Source: Takakia lepidozioides (lineage: Eukaryota; Plantae; Bryophyta). Taken from it: a DNA stretch of 64,000 nt. The DNA lies in the NCBI GenBank assembly GCA_030704615.1, contig CM060732.1, positions 10,292,001-10,356,000 of the forward strand, written 5' to 3'. Each line of letters begins with the position of its first letter. Position 1 is the first letter of the stretch. The position numbers were made by a program, and so were the translations under genes. Below, one piece after another: positions 61,322 through 64,000 of this stretch. The notes under the pieces were generated by a model. That model was not told the origin of the DNA and searched no databases. It worked only from the letters and a program-made list of their open reading frames with translations.

Positions 61322-64000
61322 ATGACCAGTCCAACTAGCATAGATGTGCCTTATCATGGGAGGAATAGTGAGGATGTGAATGACTGGCTGGAAAGAATTC
61401 AGATGGAGGCAGATGTTAGGGATTTAAATGAGGACAAAACTTTCAAAGTAGCAAGGCTCAACCTGAGAGCCAAGGCTGATGAATGGTACCGTAAACAAAA
61501 TCCTAGGCCAGACAACTGGGAAGATTTCAGGGCAGCCATTTCAGCCAAGTTTGGCATCATTGACTTGGCAGAAATCAGGCTAAGAATGGATACCATCAAA
61601 CAGGAGAGTAGACAAAGGGTTCAAACATACTTCGATAGGTTGAACCGGTTATTTATAAGAAGTGGGGCGTCTGATTTGGAACAGAGGCGTAGATTTGCAG
61701 CAGGTTTGAGACCAGAAATAGCAAGAGTAATGCTGGGCAAGCGCTTCCTTGATGTAGAGGAAGCACTTGACACAGCCATTGAGATTGAAAGGGGCCTGGG
61801 AAAGTTAGGGGAAATACCTCTAGAGCCATTGGAAGGAGATGATACAGATGAGTCAGTTGTGTTTGTCAACCCTGTGGACAGAAGACTTGATCAGCTGAAC
61901 ACTACCCTACAGAAGTACTTTGATAGGGGACCAGTCATAGGAGAAAGCTCGGGATCTAGAACACCACCTCGTGTTCGCCTTTGTAATGTTTGTCACAAAG
62001 AAGGTCACATAGCTGCATATTGTCCTGAAGGAAGAACCCCAGCTAAGTGTGACAAATGTCACCGGTTCGGGCATTCCACGGAAATGTGTGGTGTGAGATG
62101 CAACTTTTGCAAGCTACTCGGGCATACAGAGAGTGAGTGCAGTAGAAAACTCGACCAGACTATGATGGGAACTCCGGGAACTAACTTTGTAGATGTGTTC
62201 TATGATGATGAGGATGATGTACTCGCAGAAATGACAAATCTGATGTCACAAAATAGTATCAATGAAGTCAGACTTCCAAGGACACGTATCCCTGTCCAGA
62301 ATCCGATTGTTGAACCTACAGGGTCACCAGAAAGGAATAGTGAGAGCAGTGAACAGCCAAGCAGGACCAAGAGTGAAATCTACCCAAAGAACAATTTCAA
62401 GACTGCCATAGAAGGAGGTACGAAATCCAGAATCTTGAACCACTTCTACAAAGGGAGAATCTCGTTGTCTCCCATGGATCTGATCATGACTGTGCCCGGA
62501 GAGCTAGACAAGTTGAAAGGGCTGGTCAAAGTAGTAGAAAGGGCAATGGTACAACAAAGGGAGACAACTCACAGTGTAGAAGTTGTGAAGGATGTACCAA
62601 AACCTTTGTACTCAGCACACGCTGAACCCACAATCTCATATGCTTATACTGGTAAGGTAAAGGCACTTCATGTGATGATTACAATGGGAGATTACCAAGT
62701 ATTAGGCCAGATTGACACAGGTGCCATGCTCTCAGTAATATCCGCGAGTACTGTAAGGGATCTTGGTCTGATGGGATCTGTCATTACTAGTAAGGATGTA
62801 AATTACAGAGTAGCCTCTGGTGCTCTGGAGACTGCAATGGGCAGACTTGAGGACATCAAGGTCAAAGTAGGAGAGCTGACCAATCGTTTGTCCTTTATGG
62901 TGGTGAACACGGATACATATCACATGCTGTTGGGATTAGACTTTCTCAAAAAGTTTGGCGCTGTAGTTGACACCGAAGCTGAAACAATTCGTGTGCGCTA
63001 TGGACCAGGAAAGGATTTTGCTCACTTCCCTTTGCACACCATAAATTATAATGAGCCTGCAGTTACCAAAATGGCCTGCCATAGAGGGGTCGAGAGCAGA
63101 GTACGGTATGCAGGCAGTACGTCAGCAGGTAATGTCTTAACCCTGACGTCAGATGAGCAGTACCTAGGCTTGTGGGAAAAAAAAAGAAAGCCAGAGGAAG
63201 AGTATGAGGACACGGAGGAAGGATCCTCAGGTTCTGACACCTCTAAATCTGATAAGGATGAGGAGATGGGAAGTTCCGAAGAGAGTGAGGAGGTAGATAC
63301 AGTACTGAAAGATGTTGAGGAGATAATAGATGATGTCAGCCTAGGGGAGGACCTGTTCGAAGACCAAGGGATGTCTGAACTCCTTCAGGAAGAGACCCAA
63401 CGCAGCATGGCTGCCGCTATAATTCAGGAAGCTCACCAGAAGGCTTGGGATGGAGAACTAGGAAACAACAACGTAGAAATAGAGGATGATTTCCATGATT
63501 GGAATCAGGTTGTAACACAGGAGGAAAGACAGAGAGTAGCTAACTCTGTAGGCCAGGTGGAGGGAATGAGTTTAGAACCCAGTCAAGAGGAAGAAATGGA
63601 GAGTCGTTGGAGAAGTCTGAAATCCAGACTACACATCAACCCAGAGCTCGCTCCTGAACAAAGGAAAGAGCTGGAGCAAGAGCTAAAAGCAAATCAAGAA
63701 TGTTTTGCTCTTAGTAAGGCTGACTTAGGTTATTGCAGTGAGGTGGAACATACAATTGATACTCAAGGCTTTCCCCCTTGCAGAAGTCGTCCCAGCCGCC
63801 TATCAGAGTGGGAGGAAAACGAGGTCCAAGGACAAATTGAGACTTTGATCTCACAAGGCAAGATGAGAGAGAGTAGTTCAGAATGGTCGTGTCCAGTTAC
63901 CCTTCCACCAAAAAAGGATGGATCCAAGCGGTTTTGTGGTGATTTTAGGCCAGTAAACCGTTTAACCAGAAGGGACTCTTACCCTATGCCATTAATTCAG
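61322..64000 (+). CDS. gag-pol polyprotein of family 3, apparently open to the window edge
   Basis: MTSPTSIDVPYHGRNSEDVNDWLER..; CNVCHKEGH, CDKCHRFGH and CNFCKLLGH knuckles; QIDTGAMLSVI protease; CPVTLPPKKDGSKRFCGDFRPVN..DSYPMP. The start codon and the last codon are in the same frame. Confidence 0.88.
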   Translation, partial: MTSPTSIDVPYHGRNSEDVNDWLERIQMEADVRDLNEDKTFKVARLNLRAKADEWYRKQNPRPDNWEDFRAAISAKFGIIDLAEIRLRMDTIKQESRQRVQTYFDRLNRLFIRSGASDLEQRRRFAAGLRPEIARVMLGKRFLDVEEALDTAIEIERGLGKLGEIPLEPLEGDDTDESVVFVNPVDRRLDQLNTTLQKYFDRGPVIGESSGSRTPPRVRLCNVCHKEGHIAAYCPEGRTPAKCDKCHRFGHSTEMCGVRCNFCKLLGHTESECSRKLDQTMMGTPGTNFVDVFYDDEDDVLAEMTNLMSQNSINEVRLPRTRIPVQNPIVEPTGSPERNSESSEQPSRTKSEIYPKNNFKTAIEGGTKSRILNHFYKGRISLSPMDLIMTVPGELDKLKGLVKVVERAMVQQRETTHSVEVVKDVPKPLYSAHAEPTISYAYTGKVKALHVMITMGDYQVLGQIDTGAMLSVISASTVRDLGLMGSVITSKDVNYRVASGALETAMGRLEDIKVKVGELTNRLSFMVVNTDTYHMLLGLDFLKKFGAVVDTEAETIRVRYGPGKDFAHFPLHTINYNEPAVTKMACHRGVESRVRYAGSTSAGNVLTLTSDEQYLGLWEKKRKPEEEYEDTEEGSSGSDTSKSDKDEEMGSSEESEEVDTVLKDVEEIIDDVSLGEDLFEDQGMSELLQEETQRSMAAAIIQEAHQKAWDGELGNNNVEIEDDFHDWNQVVTQEERQRVANSVGQVEGMSLEPSQEEEMESRWRSLKSRLHINPELAPEQRKELEQELKANQECFALSKADLGYCSEVEHTIDTQGFPPCRSRPSRLSEWEENEVQGQIETLISQGKMRESSSEWSCPVTLPPKKDGSKRFCGDFRPVNRLTRRDSYPMPLIQ

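Larger units (their letters stand above)
58732..64000 (+). mobile_element. Gypsy element family 3, nested in family-2 RNase H; probable long LTR ~58732-60869, PBS-iMet 60872-60883
   Basis: Abrupt switch at TGTAGTGTG; TGGTATCAGAGC; downstream gag-pol. LTR bounds unconfirmed because the second LTR is outside the window. Confidence 0.75.

Overview
Eukaryotic, transposon-dense DNA with spliceosomal introns and Ty3/Gypsy elements. It looks plant-like, most plausibly a non-seed plant, but the species cannot be determined from sequence. Bases 1-38 kb hold three diverged copies (A, B, C) of one head-to-head module. Each has a minus-strand Mutator(MULE)-like DDE transposase with a GCM/WRKY-like Zn finger, and a divergently transcribed multi-intron gene. 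That gene fuses a ParB/Srx-like domain (WDGNHR) to a prokaryote-type beta-class amino-DNA-methyltransferase fold (LDIPDG ... VxDLxxxTG). Each module carries its own palindromic motif with a shared 9-bp arm/CG-N4-CG/9-bp arm geometry, amplified in its non-coding DNA: A = GGAAATGCG-N4-CGCATTTCC, B = TGAATGTCG-TTGA-CGACATTCA, C = CAGTGTGCG-GCAA-CGCACACTG. In A and C the spacing (32, 53, 63, about 116 bp) is close to whole helical turns. This looks like a transposon-borne protein plus cognate-site system analogous to VANDAL/VANC, but built from a ParB-MTase fusion; that function is inferred, not shown. The rest is nested Gypsy DNA: a chromovirus inserted in transposase A and its solo LTR; two Tat/Athila-like copies, one with a 4-kb internal inversion and extra ORFs; and an apparently intact gag-pol running off the right edge. 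Many 1-bp frameshifts may be consensus errors rather than decay.
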